64,000 bases of DNA. Source: Anthoceros angustus. Lineage: Eukaryota; Plantae; Anthocerotophyta. Made by a program: the position numbers and the translations under genes. The notes under the pieces were generated by a model that ran no database searches, had not been told where the DNA came from, and was given only the letters and a program-made list of their open reading frames with translations. Of the stretch, positions 38,881 through 52,539 are shown piece by piece. The stretch covers positions 2,108,001 through 2,172,000 of the forward strand of contig MU008163.1 of assembly GCA_010909165.1 (NCBI GenBank), in the 5' to 3' direction. Positions within the stretch are counted from its first letter, which is position 1, and every line of letters starts with the position of its first letter.

Positions 38881-39069
38881 AATCAAGTGCCCATGCTTAA
38901 TTGTGGTATTTATGCATCCTTACAAGAAAGCTGGTAACTTGACGATGGTACATAATATGTATATATGTACAGTACATAGATATTATACGGTTATACGGAC
39001 TAGCAACTAGATCTTGTACAAGTGTTCGGATGTTGTCTACAGTACCACCACGTGTTCTACATACAGTAC

Positions 39070-39340
39070 GTATGCCTGTACCAAGTGTTGATATGCGGCT
39101 GTGTTGGTTGTGCCGCGAGTTTATATACGGTTCTGTACCAAGTTTTGACATGCCTCTGTGTCCGTTGTGCCTCGAGTTAATATACGGCTCTGTACCAAGT
39201 TTTTGACATGCCTCTATGTCCGTTGTGCCGTGAGTTAATATGCGGCTAGATCGTGCCGTACGTTAGATGTGCGGCTAATGGATAGATCCGGTGTATGGCT
39301 AGATTGTGCCGTAAGCTAGATGTGCGGCTAATGGTAGATG
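39070..39340. repeat. ~57-bp x3 and ~50-bp x2 tandem repeats (CTGTACCAAGTTTTGACATGCCTCT..GTTGTGCC..GAGTTAATAT)
   Basis: Read directly. Confidence 0.8.
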
Positions 39341-39959
39341 TGTACAAACGAACTTCTTCTCTATGCAAACCCTAATAGTGATAACTAGAGTTAGTGGAAG
39401 AATTGGATATGAGTGTTATGGAATGATGGGTGAAATCAAATTGAAGATAGAAGATTCTTGAGACCAGGTTAGCAAAGGCCCATGGTGTGATCCGAAAACA
39501 CAAGCAAATCGTGGAATATAGCCTAGAAGCTCATTCTGTGATCCCAAACGAACCTAAATTGTAGGAAAGCGACAACACCAAGGACGCATATCGACGGGAA
39601 TATGTAAGTGAAGTGCGACTTGAATGCGAGCAGTTACTGGGAGAGCCTGGGAGCCAGGGAAAGGGAAAGGGAAAGGGAAAGGCGAGCCAGTTTTAAACCC
39701 TAGTCCGGACGGGAGGCAGCGAGTGCCTTCACGGCGTTGTGTTATGTAGAGAGAGGATGGTAGAGAGAAGAGTGCGGGAGCAAGAAGGAGGCGAGAGTTC
39801 CCGGCGTGCTCGCGTGTTACAGGAGTTGGCGCCAAAAAATGCATGCCTCGCTCTCGCTCATGGCATGAGCCATCCACGGTGCGAGACCAAGGCGCAATTG
39901 TGTGAGCGCACCACCCCAGGTGTGACAAGGAGGAGCATCCGGGCGAGGGTGTATGCGAA

Positions 39960-42900
39960 ATGCGGGATTCGGAGAAGGGCGAGGCGCAGGGGGATGAGAC
40001 GCAGGCCGAGAAGAGGAAGCCGGCCCGGAGGGCTGCCATGAAGCGTCTGCGCAGAGGGCCGAAGAGGGGCCCCTCTCTCCGGGCCAAGCGGCAGAAGCTG
40101 GATGTGGAGGAGGGCCGGGAGGAGTTGCCTCCGGCCGCGACTCCTCTCGAGGCGCCTGCACTGGCCCCTGAAGGTGCAGGGGCTCCGGCGCTCGCTGCTG
40201 CTGTGAAGGAGGAGGTGGTGGACGAGGTGCAGGCCGAGGCCGAGGTGAGGGAGCAGGTTGTGGCTCCGTCTAGCGAGGCTGAGGTGGTGAAACGGGAGGT
40301 CGAGGATGTGCCGGACGGGGAGCCGTCGGATTGTGCAGCTGGGGCCGGGAGGAGTAGATCTGGTGGCCGGGTGACGAGAGCCCGGGCGCAGCTCAAGCGC
40401 GAGGTCGAGGAAGAGGAGGAAGAGGAGGAGGAGGAAGAGGAAGCGGAGGAGGAGGATTCCAGCGATGACGGCTCCTCCTCCTTTTGCTCTGAGGAGTCGT
40501 TGGAAATGAAGAATCGGCTGCGCTCCAGGATCCGACCCGGTCGCGTACGGGCGAGCGCGAGAATCCGAGGGAAAAGGAAGGCCGAAAACTTGCAAGCGGA
40601 GGCCGGGACGAGCAAGAAACGAACGCGGGCGACGGCGGATCGCAAGAAACGCCGCGCAACTTCAGCGGGCTCGGACGACTCCGACGCGGACGGCGACGGC
40701 GAGGGGAGTAATTCGGAACAAGAGGGGAGTAATTCGGAGGACGCCTCTGATGGAATTGAAAATCCGGGGAACGAAAAATCGGACACACAGGAAGAGGTTT
40801 CCGGGGATGCTGAGGATACGGAGGAAATATGTCAAGTCTGCGAGGTGTGGCGAAATTGTTGTTGCTTTCATTTCTGAAGTGATTTGTGACGCGTGGGGGT
40901 GAAATTTTGTGCGTGTGTGTGTTATCATCTTTCACAGTTCGCCGGGGCGGCCGACCTCATGCTGCTCTGTGACAATGAGAGTGCTGGATGTAAGTATGCT
41001 TTTCATACTTTCTGCCTGAAGCCCCCGCTGCAATCGATCCCGGAGGGCGACTGGATCTGTCCTTGCTGTCTGGATCCTCCTAAGACGAAGAAACAGAAGA
41101 AGGAGAAGTTCGCAAGCAAGGATATCCAGAGGCTTTTAGGTCGACGACCTGATCCTTCGACGGCGGATGCTGGGAATGAAAGTGTAAAGCTACAGTACCT
41201 TGTGAAATGGAAGTCGTACTCACACCACCACGATTCGTGGGTAAGAAAACGACCTGCTGGGATGAAATGCGTGTCATTTCTTCTTCGCTGTGATGTTTCT
41301 GGTTGCGATATGGTGCGAGTTATTTCTGAAGATACGTACGAAGCTGATCAGGGTCAGACACTATGTTGAGGACTGTTGAAGGGCCCTAATTTGCGATGTT
41401 GTCCGGTGGCTTGTATGCTCTGTTTTTTAAGGTCCCGGAAGAGTGGCTATCATATTACGATAGCAACCGCCTTCTCGCGTTCCGGAGGAGCCACCCGTAA
41501 GTCTTATTTTTCAGGTTGACATGGTAGTTTCAAAGCTGTTTGTTAGCCCAGACTCTTGTACCACAGTGTGCGCCTGACTAATTGAACGTTACACGGAATA
41601 TGCAGTTTGAAGGGAGAGGATAAGGCTCTGTTTGTTGATGAAAGAGACGACGATTGGTTGAAGGTTGACCGTGTGATTGGATCTCGAGTAGTGAGCCCAG
41701 CAGGACGGCATGCGACTGAAACTGCAAAGCCTTCAAAGTCACCCGTGCACAGACTCAGAAAATCAGACGATGGTTCAGAGATATTGGAATATTTGGTCAA
41801 GTGGAAGGGCATGGACCATGATGAAGCTACATGGGAAGCCGACATCACTGACGAGATTCGAACTGCCATTGATTTGTATGAAAAGAGACATCGAGCTGCA
41901 GATGAACGTGTCGTGATATCCGACGCGGGCATCGTAGATGTGGGATCCGAAAGAGGCCTAGCAGTTGCCAACTGGAAGGTTCAGCCAAGCTATGTTCAAG
42001 GCGGCAGCCTGCATCCTTATCAGCTCACTGGCTTGAAGTGGCTGATTAGTAACTTTTTGGTGCGTAAAAGCGTCATACTTGCAGGTGAGTAAAAACATTG
42101 CCTGATGCAGTACCTCTCCTGCGAAATAGGTAAAGCTTGATCGCCCAGCACTGATCTGTGGATTTTGGTCGGTACAGATGAAATGGGTCTTGGAAAGACT
42201 ATTCAAGCAGCTGTGTTCATGGTGTGTGCCAGGCAGGAGGCTTTGACTTACAAACCATTTCTCGTCATAGCTCCCAAGAGTACTCTGTCTGGGTGGGAGA
42301 AGGTATGAACTGTTAATGTAATGTCCTTTTTCCATCGTGGATTTCAAAGGGTTAGCTTCTAAGGAGGCACCTTTCACTTGGTGCTTTCAGGAGTTACAAA
42401 CATGGGCGAGCCAATTGACCTGCATAACCTATCAGGGTGATCAAGACACTCGCTCCATGATCCAGAAATTTGAGCTTTACACTGTGCATAACAATCCTCT
42501 TTTTGATGTCCTCGTCACAACGTACGAACTGGCGATATTGGACAGTTCTATTTTGCAGAAATTTGAGTGGTCTACAATCTTTGGTATGTTGGCAGACCCT
42601 CTCATTGCTGCCTATGGATGTTTTGTGTGGAGTGAACGACTTTGAAGAGCATGAGCTTCTCCCAGTCATAGCTGGTGTTCACTCTCTTTACTAACATGCT
42701 GAAAGGGCCAACACAGTGGATGAAGGCCACAGGGTGAAAAACGCCCAGAGTAAGCTGAGCTCCCTTCTGAAGCGTAAAGATACGGATTTCCGTGTATTGC
42801 TTACCGTGAGTTACATTTTAACCTCAGTATTGGTTAAGGGATGTGCTATTTGTGGCATCTGTCGTGATTTTGTCACTCACCTCTGCTGAATTTGTTGCAC

Positions 42901-45900
42901 GACTGTGTGTAGGGTACACCTGTACAAAACACTTTAACGGAGTTATTCTCATTGCTGCATTTTTTGGATCCCATGGAATTTGGGGATCCAGATGAGGCAG
43001 CTAATGAGTTCGGTCATGTTGATGCAATTGGCACAAATGTTGCTAGAAATGCAGAGAGTATGCAAGAGCAGATTTCTAGGATTCATGAGCTCTTGAGACC
43101 TCGGTCTGTGCTTTCCCCTGACTGGATTGGAGTTCTCTTTACAGAAATATTACGATGTAAGTGTTGTGTTGGCCTGGTTTTTAGGGTCTGAGCTTGCTGA
43201 ATGTGCCCTGTGTAGGATGTTGCGAAGACTGAAGACAGAGGTCCTTAGAGATATGTTACCTGGAAAGAAGCTGGTAGAAGTCCCATGTGCACTAACTTCT
43301 TATCAGCGCCGCCTGTATATAACCATCTTGAAGAAGAACTACAAAGAACTGAATAAGGGTGTCAAGGCCGGTAGGATGGTTATGTTTGCTTTGACAAATT
43401 TCTCTCGCTGCTGCCATTCTCTTTCTTGGAAAAGAATTGACATGCATGTGTATGCTGCATGCAGGGCAAAGAAGGTCTTTGAATAGCATTCTTACGGATC
43501 TTAAGATGTGTTGCAACCACCCAGTGAGTTGACACACCCGTTCCCTCTCCTACTGAATCCTCTCTTTGTAACCATGGCAAGTATCACCGTATTTCATTAC
43601 TTTGGCACTTACTCCCAACTTCGTAAATGCTTGCTCAGTATCTTCTTCCTGGAAAAGAGCCGAAGAATCTTCGGACAGAGGCAGAGTACAGACTTCTTGT
43701 TGAAGCTTCTGGGAAATTCCAGTTTCTAGAGAAGGTACAAGAGTTCACTTGGAGATGTGGACAGTGCGGTCCTGTACTGCCCATCCATTCTGTCTCGACT
43801 TCTGTTTGTCATTGCTTCAGAGAGGAGGAAACTGTTCGATGTTCTTTGGGTGATTTGAATGTACGAATATGGATTTACTCATTATTTACCTCTGTTTTTG
43901 TCAGCTGCTTCCTCTGTTAAAGAAGGAAGGCCACAGAGTTCTTTTATTCTCACAGATGGTGACAATGCTTGACATCCTGGAAGACTTCTTGAACTTTTTG
44001 GACCTCCCATTCTGTCGGTATGTGCGCATGAGCTTTGAAGCAAGCCATTTTCTCAGGGGCTATATCTTGGCATCATTTGTCAAACGCCTTGTGCACTTGA
44101 CAATGCCAACGTGACATTTATTTCAGTGTGCTGCCAGCGGATGTTTTCTTCTCATGTCGTCCTATGTCTTCACGCATATGTTATTAGGATCGATGGTAAG
44201 ACAAATGGCGAGGACAGAGAGAAGAGGATCGAACAATTCAACAGCCCACAAAGCTCAACTTTCCTCTTTCTTATCTCGACACGTGCGGGTGGACTCGGAA
44301 TCAATCTGGTTGGCTCACTAGCTTTTGCTCTCAAGTTATCTGGTTCTTTGGTCTCTTCTACTGTTCTGATATCTCCGTATATTTTGCTCTGAGCTTGAGT
44401 AGTCTAACCCCAACTCTTTTTCGTTTCGCAGCCAAGTGCAGACACAGTCATTATTTATGGTACGTTATCCCTCCAGTTAATTATTAGGGGTTTTTTTGTC
44501 TTAGTGGGAGTTTTCGTCTCTCTTGGTGTGCCCAAACTTTGGGTCCGCCAGACAGATCAGGATCATGCGGTTTCGGTTGTGGCTGCGCAGACCCAGATTT
44601 CAACCCATTTGTTGACCTGCAAGCTCAGGCACGAGCACATCGCATTGGCCAAGTGAGGACTGTGCTTGTCTACCAGTTGGTCACTAAGTGTTCAGTAGAG
44701 GAGAAGATACTGCAAAGATCTAGAAGAAAGCTTGCTATGGAAAACATAGTTATGAGTTTGACTGCCAAAGAGCAAGCTCAGGAGCTTAGTGAACTACTTT
44801 TGGAGGGGGCAAGATCTGTTTTGGATGAGCAGAACATGGAGGCTACTTCAATTAAATACAGTGACGAGGATCTAAAGCAGCTTATGAACCGTGATATTGG
44901 ACAGAATCCTGAGCATGCAGCAGAGACAGCAGGATATCTGGGAGCTATACAAACAACCGATGATGGCCAAAAGCACAACTCAATGCACACGGAGGGAAGC
45001 AATTGGGATGAACTTCTTGGTAATCTCTCTGATGAGGGTGAACGATCGGAGGAGCTCGGACGAGGAAAACGGAGCCGTAAGGATGTTAAGTATGTGTGTG
45101 ATCCGGAGGGATGTGAAGATGAAGACGATTATCATGTGTCTCAGGAGAAGGAGAGCTCAGAATCAGATTCTGAAGCAAGCTTAGATCCTGAAGAACCACC
45201 TTCGGTTACAAAGCCTTCAAGGTGTAAAACAAATCTGCAAGCTTTTGACCATGAGGGCAGTCCAGGAGGTTTGGAGCTAAGTCAAAAGTCTACACAAAGA
45301 GGTTTGGAGCTCAGTCAAAACTCCGAGTTATTAGTTACAACTGCAACCTCTGGATCACAGGTGTCCTCTGGACTCTTAATCCAACCTAATCTCCCTCGAC
45401 ATTCCTTTGACTCCAACAGATTTGCCCGATTGCTGCGTACCATACCTCAAGGTCAACCAACGACAAATATAACATCTTCTGGACAACGGCGCCCAGAAGT
45501 CCATACAATGGCTTTGTTACAGTCTCTGAACCAGAATTTGTCAGGAGGAGCAGCTGGCCACCTTCAAAAGGTTCCGCTAGTTGATGCCAAACAACTGTAC
45601 CATGTTGGAACACCCAAAGAATACTGTACACCTATCATCGGATTTGGTCATATGGCCTCTTCTGAACTGCAGCAACCAGTGCCTCTGAGAGGGCACACTC
45701 TTCCGTTGTTTGGTGATGGATATAAGGATTCTGGTGGACCTCTGAATGGGGGGTTTCACCAAGTGCCTCTACGTCACGTGGAGCCTGTTTGTGAGACAGA
45801 ACAAACTCTTCGACTATTTGATGACAAAGTGCATTGTACTGGTGGAGCGTCAACCAGACCCGTGGAGTCACCCATGGGGCAGTTCCTCCAGCTGCCGCCA

Positions 45901-47775
45901 TTTCAACTGGTTTCCGGTGGACCACCTCGTGGAGGACAGATTCTGTCACTGTTTGGTGAGAAACACTTGGGTGCTGGTGGAGCGTCTGGAGTGTCTCCAA
46001 ACCCAGCTTCTGGCCAGTTCCTGCAAATCTCTCCTTCAATTCTAATGCGGCAAGCTGTTCCTAGTGGAGCACCTGTCAATGCTTCTCGACGCGATCCTGT
46101 GGAGGTGGTTTCTACTTTCAGCAGGTATGTGGAAGGCATGAGTCCATCCTGCATTCCCACCAACAGGCCTGCTGGTGATGCTCCTCAGTGTAGGACTGAC
46201 ATGCTCTGCAAGCACAGAGTGCCCAACTTCCCTGTAGAGAAATGTCCAGTGTCTGCGTCTGCATCACTTGAGACAAGGAGAGAGAAATTCGAGGTACCGA
46301 AGTTGGAAGTTGTGGACTGTGACCCCATGCAACATCCAACCTCTGGACACCCAAAGTTTGGGCAGAAGTCAATGCCATGCGAAATACGTCCTGAAAGTCT
46401 GGAGGAGTCAACATTATCACTTGCGGAGAGCTTGCTCACATCCTCCCTTGCTGATATAAGGACTCGTGATGTCTGTTCTGTTGGAACTGTCCTGTCATCT
46501 GCTGGGCAAGCCCCACCAGACTTGAGGTGTGTGGAGAAATCAAGGTCAGTCGGTGTCCCCAGAAACGCTGCTTCAAGGAACATGCCTGGATCTGCTGTGC
46601 CAGTTGATACTGCAGAAAACTGCCAAGAATACTCTAGCGTCCCTTGTTCATTGGATTCTGAACATACATTTGTGGCAGTTTCTGAGGCTGCACAGGTTAC
46701 TGGAGCGGTGAACAGAGTAGATGTGGTGGAGAAAGTGATCAGCTCCTTTTACACAAGCTCAAATGGTTCTGAACTTGCAACAGACGTCTTCCAGCATCAA
46801 GCTAGAGTTTCCGAGGTTGGAGACTCTAAGGCAGACATGGCTTCTCATCACTCTAGTACTGCTGAGCTTCGGGTCTTGGGGACTATGCCCAGTAACGTGC
46901 CTCCTTTTGACATTCTTACTTCTCTCGCTGTTGTAGATATGCCTACCCCAGCCAGTAAGTCTGCAGCCCATGCTAGCGTTATCCCCAGTGTAGCTTATAG
47001 GTCGGATTTGGATACATATTTTAGTGCTTGTCCAAACTCTAGTATCTCAGCCCTAATGAAGAGCTTAAAGCTCCCTGTACCTCCGGCCCAGTATTCTGAA
47101 CCTCCCCACATCCCTACCATGACTTCTAATGCTCTGCCCTCTGTGTCTTCCAGACCAACTACTTGTGTGTCCGGACATTCCAACCTGCCTGTTGAACCTA
47201 AGGTCATTTTTGGGTCTGCAGATTTACCTGCAGCTTCCAAATTGTCATTTCTGGAGCCACATTATGTGAATGAGGTTCGTCCTGCAGTGTGTGATGTCAA
47301 TCCAAGTTCAGGCTTCCCTTTTACTCCCGCTTGTTCTCCTGTTGACATTTTAGACGCTAATTTTTTTGGTTCCAAAACTTCGGAGTCTCGCCCATCCCCC
47401 ACCTGTCAGAGTCTGCGGGGCGCATCCTCTCCCAGCTTTTCTTTCTCCCCTCCTGCCCTTTCAGATGCCCCCACCCACCTTCCGGCCGACCCCAAGGAGT
47501 CCCTTCCTCCTCCAAAGATGGTTCCCAACTTACCTCAACCCCAACTTTTGTATTCTGGGTTACCCAGGGACTGTTCCCTGCTTAAGAAGCCTGCCTCCAA
47601 GGCAGATGCTCGGAAACCACTGTGGGTCCCCTCAGGTGAAGCAGGCATGCTCATGTTACATTCAAGGAAAGAGCTGCAAACTCTTGACAGTGAAATGAAG
47701 ACTCATGGCAATGGTGCGCTGCCTTTCCAACATGACTCGAGGATTGTTTCCGACACGGCGAATCCAGCCTCTTGA
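39960..47775 (+). CDS. CHD3/PICKLE-like chromatin remodeler: acidic N-terminus, PHD, two chromodomains, SNF2 ATPase/helicase C, long Ser/Pro-rich tail
   Basis: ICQVCE|..[27 protein letters not shown] (PHD); [15 protein letters not shown] and [16 protein letters not shown] (chromo); [15 protein letters not shown]|[10 protein letters not shown]; VDEGHRVKN; LLT|GTPVQN; HRVLLFSQM; [14 protein letters not shown]; [13 protein letters not shown]; [13 protein letters not shown]. Confidence 0.93.
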
Positions 47776-49703
47776 ACTCACTACTTTTTTTATTTGTTGC
47801 TCCCTCTATCGATGACAGATTTTTTGACGGTTGGACTGGTGCCAGCCTAGCAGAGAAATCACCCCTTATTTGTTGCGGACTTTCTAGAATTATGTACGAT
47901 GCAAAGCGAAAAAAGTACAGTAAAGAGGAATAATATTAAACTAAAGAAGAAAACACGTGAAGTAAAGAGAAAAAAAAGAAGTTAAGTCCGGTATAGAGGA
48001 AAAACAAATAAAATGAAGTAAAGAGGTCAAGAGCAGTAAAGAGTTACGTGATGAGGAAAAGGTAGGAGGAGATAAAACTAAAACCCATTTTTCATGGAAG
48101 TCAACAATCCCGACAGATTAGGCTCGCTGGCCAAGGTGACAGGCCTCGAGTCTGGTATCCCAGATTTCTTCTCTTCTAAACCTGATCGTTGCACAACAGC
48201 CCAAGTTGAACTCGTTGCTGTTATTTGACAGAGATGGGCGTTGAGAAGACAGGGAGGATCCGAAACTCGTTGCCTCATTTAACGTCGTGAGCCTGTCAAT
48301 GCCATAGAGGCCAAATAGACAGTAAGATAACGGACATGCCCGTGCGACTGTGATGCTGGCTTCGCAGCACGACAGGCGAAGCCAAATGGGGAGGTTAAGA
48401 AATATGCTAACCCAAACCCGTTCCATGAGTTTGTCTCCTGAGTCCTCAGGGCGTTCTGAGGTCAGGATCTGGAGCTTGCTTCGAAGTAAGTATGAAAACT
48501 CGACAAACTTGACAACTTCCTAGCCTGTGAAGCACTCACTGTGTGTACTTCCAGATCCAGCTCTCCCACCAAGCAGTGCAACGAGAATTTCAGGATACAG
48601 GTACAAGCCTTCGTAGCATTGAAAAGACTCAGAGGGGAGATCACAGCTGAGATTAACCTCACACAGCGGACATTGCTTGCTTCAAGAAAGGTTTAAGTTA
48701 CGTCATACAAACCTCCAATGAAACGTGATCCCACACAAGAGACGTGTGTTACACCATAAAATGGAATCTCGACGCATCCAGAGCATTTGATGGACTCTAC
48801 ACGTAGCCTGGAGGGTGTCCACCTACATATGTAGGTTCATGCCATCAGAAAATGCAATTAGATTTCAGAACTCGAATGCACGACAGTCATTACTACATAG
48901 CGTCCACTTTTAGATGTTTCTTTTGGTTTTGTTGTAGAAGCGGAGGAACGCTGCATCACTCTCCCGCCTACCCCGGCCCCCGCCCTTGCCCTTGCCCTTA
49001 CACGCCAAGATGGTGGCCAATGCCATATGGCAAAGGGCTGACCCGGAGGACAGGGCCAACGACCTGAAGCTACAGCACAAACAAACCAACCACAACTTCA
49101 TGTCCGATCCAGCCCGAGTGGGGCCAACAAGGCCAGAAGAACCCGCGGTAGAAGAGTTCCAGCCACAGAGGATAACCGTAGAAACGTCAGACGAAGATTC
49201 TCCAACAGAATCGCGAAGCTCAACAGGGACAGTCTAGACAGAAGTCTGCGGGGATCTCCCGAGGGAACAGATCCTCAAGTTCCCAATATCGATGTGGCAA
49301 GTTGGCAACTATTTACCGAGACATGTCGGTGAACCTACACAAATTCCTCGAGCCAGGGTCACATACCTGGGCGAGGGAATCTGTGGATGGACACTGTGGT
49401 CTCAGCACACCAGGCTGTCACTATATTCTGTCATATTTTATACAAGCGCTTGGCCCTCACCATTTCACCTTGTGTTAAAACGAGGTGGAGATGATATATT
49501 TTCTATATCTCAGTCACATGTATTATTTTGCCTATAGAAGGGGCACCATCTTTGTACACCTCAGGCTAGCCATGATCAGACCATCCACTACCGACATGAG
49601 CAAGTCATACAAACATGCCATAGTGCAACAATCCAGCATCCCACGAGCAGATACAAACATGCCACAATGCAATAGTTCAGCATCCCACCATAGCATAAAC
49701 AAA

Positions 49704-49925
49704 CTAGTGATAGTGGACAATGTTTGCTACTAAGATTCCATGACTCTCAACCTCTCAGCTAGTGATAGTGGACAATGTTTGCTACTAAGAGTCAATGACT
49801 CTCAACCTCTCTAAAAACAGACACTAGGAATGAATGTGTACGCATCACATGCCATCCACTACAGGGCAGCATACTCACATGCCACCCACTAAAGGGTGAT
49901 GTACTCACATGCCATCCACTACAAA
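49704..49925. repeat. 55-bp direct repeat x2 followed by ~30-bp repeat x3 (TCACATGCCA.CCACTA)
   Basis: Read directly. Confidence 0.8.
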
Positions 49926-50564
49926 ACAAAGATATTGGTAAACCTATAGATTAACTCAAAGTTGCACATGCGGTAAGCACTTATAATTTGCTCATCTAAC
50001 GCATGCTACAAACTTGCACCTCTCCCACTTATGTGACCCAATATAGAACTCCCATACTCTGGAGAATGTAACAATGAAAAAGAAACGCCTACCATTGGCC
50101 AACATTATGTTCTCTATAAACGACATATTGATCAACATCGCAATTTTTTCCATCATTCATAGTGTCATTTCAACACACAAAACTAATAAAGCCTAAGGCG
50201 AGACCAGCCAATGACCTTTTGTTCATATATTGGTGTAAGAATACAATGAAGCATAGATAGCACCACCGGCTAAATGACCAAAAATGACAACCAAATGACT
50301 AAAGAGCTAAAGATGACAACTAAATGACCAAAGAGCTAAATGTGGCTCAAGGTCTCAAACACTTAGTGTAGGGACATACTCTCAAATGTATCCTTCATGT
50401 TTTATTTTTTCAATATCTTATATAAGTAGTTGAAATTTTTATAATAATCAAAAAAATATTGAATACCATATTTAAACTATATGGTAGCACAATATGAAAA
50501 GAACATTAAAGTCAATAAACTTTCACAACTATTGTTATCTAGAGTCTTATTAACCTATATTTGG

Positions 50565-51110
50565 TTAGATTTGATTAGAACGAGTAGACCAAAATGGGAG
50601 AGGAGTCCATGACCCGAATATGTAACCCCCACATAAAAGGTGAGCATACCCGCTTCCATATGTTTCGTCTTCGGATACTTGAAGTTCACAATGCATTGTT
50701 TTTGTCATAAAATTGGAGATCTCGACTTTCCATATATTAGGAACGGTGTCGCTTGAGATCAACATAGTTCCACCTTGCAATAATTCAAGCCTACAATTAC
50801 GGGTATCTTTGTATCCAAATGCAAAAGGAACAGTGGAACTCCATAAGGCATATTCTGGACCGTAATCTATTCTGAAAAGCAAAAGTTTGCAAGATCTTTC
50901 ATCCATCAGCAAACGATACAAGCCTTGTGGTTGAGATTGCAAATACTCATTAGGTCTCAATATTCTTCCTACTTCAAGGTTATTTTTAATTGTATACGCT
51001 GAAGGAAAGACCAACATAGATATAAGTAAGAAAGATATTATCTTAGACAGAGGTAAGTGATATAAGGTGCAACGATGTTGTGATAAGCTTTTATGTGATG
51101 ACGTATTCAT
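50565..51110 (-). CDS. Small secreted bulb-type (B/GNA) lectin-like protein, intronless
   Basis: Hydrophobic signal (IISFLLISMLVFPSAYT) then NLEVGRILRPNEYLQS..YRLLMD..CKLLL..ALWSS..CRLELLQGGTMLI..IWK, the L..G..L..N..L.S / L.M..C.L.L / W.S / C.L.L..G.L pattern of B-lectin beta-prisms. Confidence 0.65.
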   Translation of the reverse strand: MNTSSHKSLSQHRCTLYHLPLSKIISFLLISMLVFPSAYTIKNNLEVGRILRPNEYLQSQPQGLYRLLMDERSCKLLLFRIDYGPEYALWSSTVPFAFGYKDTRNCRLELLQGGTMLISSDTVPNIWKVEISNFMTKTMHCELQVSEDETYGSGYAHLLCGGYIFGSWTPLPFWSTRSNQI

Positions 51111-52009
51111 TAATATAATAACAAGATATAATAATTTTAAGAACGCGTCAATAAATGCTGCATAGGACTATCCATAAAGGTTTCAAAAGATGCACATTGG
51201 ACTTATGGAATACGCTCATACTCCACAAAATTTTCTATTTAAACCCTTCAATAACTAGATTCTTGTTACTAGTTCATTGCTTATGAAGGAGATGATATTT
51301 AAAGTATTATTATAATTTAAACTGTTATAGAATGTATAAAGTTGTTGAACCAAGTCATATGTCAAATATTGAAGCTTTCAATTCACATTGACCTGTAGAC
51401 CTTCTAGAATAAAAAGTCTTTCATGAGGAATAGATGTTGAACTAAAGTACAATTATTACAACTATTTGTCATCGTCATCATCTCAAGATTCTGAATTTCT
51501 GATAACTAGTTCAATGCATATAGTTTATGGTTGCAAATAAGTAAATTTTTAGTTAAAAATGAAGTAAGATATTTATTTAAATTAAATTTCCAAGAAGTCA
51601 TGCATGCTTTTGAAGACTCTTGAGCGTGGGTGTAGAAACTCTTGATGTGCTCATTGGTGCATGCCTCCTTATTACCAAAAGTTTCCATGGGATGCTACTT
51701 ATAAATGGCATAATCAAGAGAAAACATACAAAGGATAAGGCAGTTTACCGAAGTCATGGACATGAGCCTTTATTGACATCATGAATATGAGCCTTTGTCA
51801 AAGTCATGAGCACGATCGTTCATTAAAGTCGAGAAATTTTATAACATAAAAGCTATATAATACACTAGTTATACAATACACTAAAAACTGGTTAAAGTTA
51901 ATACCATTACAATTGCGTGCCTCTTTGATAATCTAGGTTTTTGTAATGTGTGAAGCTAAAGAGATTTTGTGATTACTTTCCACGCATGAAGAAGTAGCGA
52001 GGACTTCAA

Positions 52010-52165
52010 CCCCATATTCCAATTTGCAAATGAAAGAATGAAAGGCCACATACATGTTCTAATTTGCAAATTAAAGAATGAAAGACCCCATACATATTCT
52101 GATTTGCAAATTAAAGAATGAAAGACCCCATACATATTCTGATTTGCAAATAAAAGAATGAAAGG
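52010..52165. repeat. ~40-bp tandem repeat x~4 (ATATTCTGATTTGCAAATTAAAGAATGAAAGACCCCATAC)
   Basis: Read directly. Confidence 0.85.
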
Positions 52166-52539
52166 TTGATATCATTTTCGGTAAAGCAACATCCGCATAA
52201 CACATGCAACTACTACAATGAATGCAAAAACGTCTTAACCCCAAAAGGATTGAGCTGGCTATTTTCATGGAAAATAGGCTGGACTTGTTTTTGATTTATC
52301 ACAAGCATTCTGATGTTCCTTTAAACGTGAGAAAATGCAAGCATACCAAGCTCTGAGCTGTGCATCCAATGAGTCCACTCCCACCGCGATCAGATCATTG
52401 TACATCCCAGAGTGGTGTGAGAAACCTTGGAGAGTTTCTTGATCTCTTGGTGCTTTTAGCTCAGTTTGTCATGGTCACATAAGCAAATAGTGGCATAAGC
52501 ATATACTGTTAGATGTGCGTTGGCAAGCTTTATCTAATA

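Noticed and set aside
39554-40935. 410-aa and other minus-strand ORFs opposite the CHD N-terminus
   Set aside because: Antisense shadows of GC-rich acidic low-complexity coding sequence.
48078-49237. Broken reading frames after the CHD gene
   Set aside because: Possibly TE or pseudogene debris, but no motif I can support.
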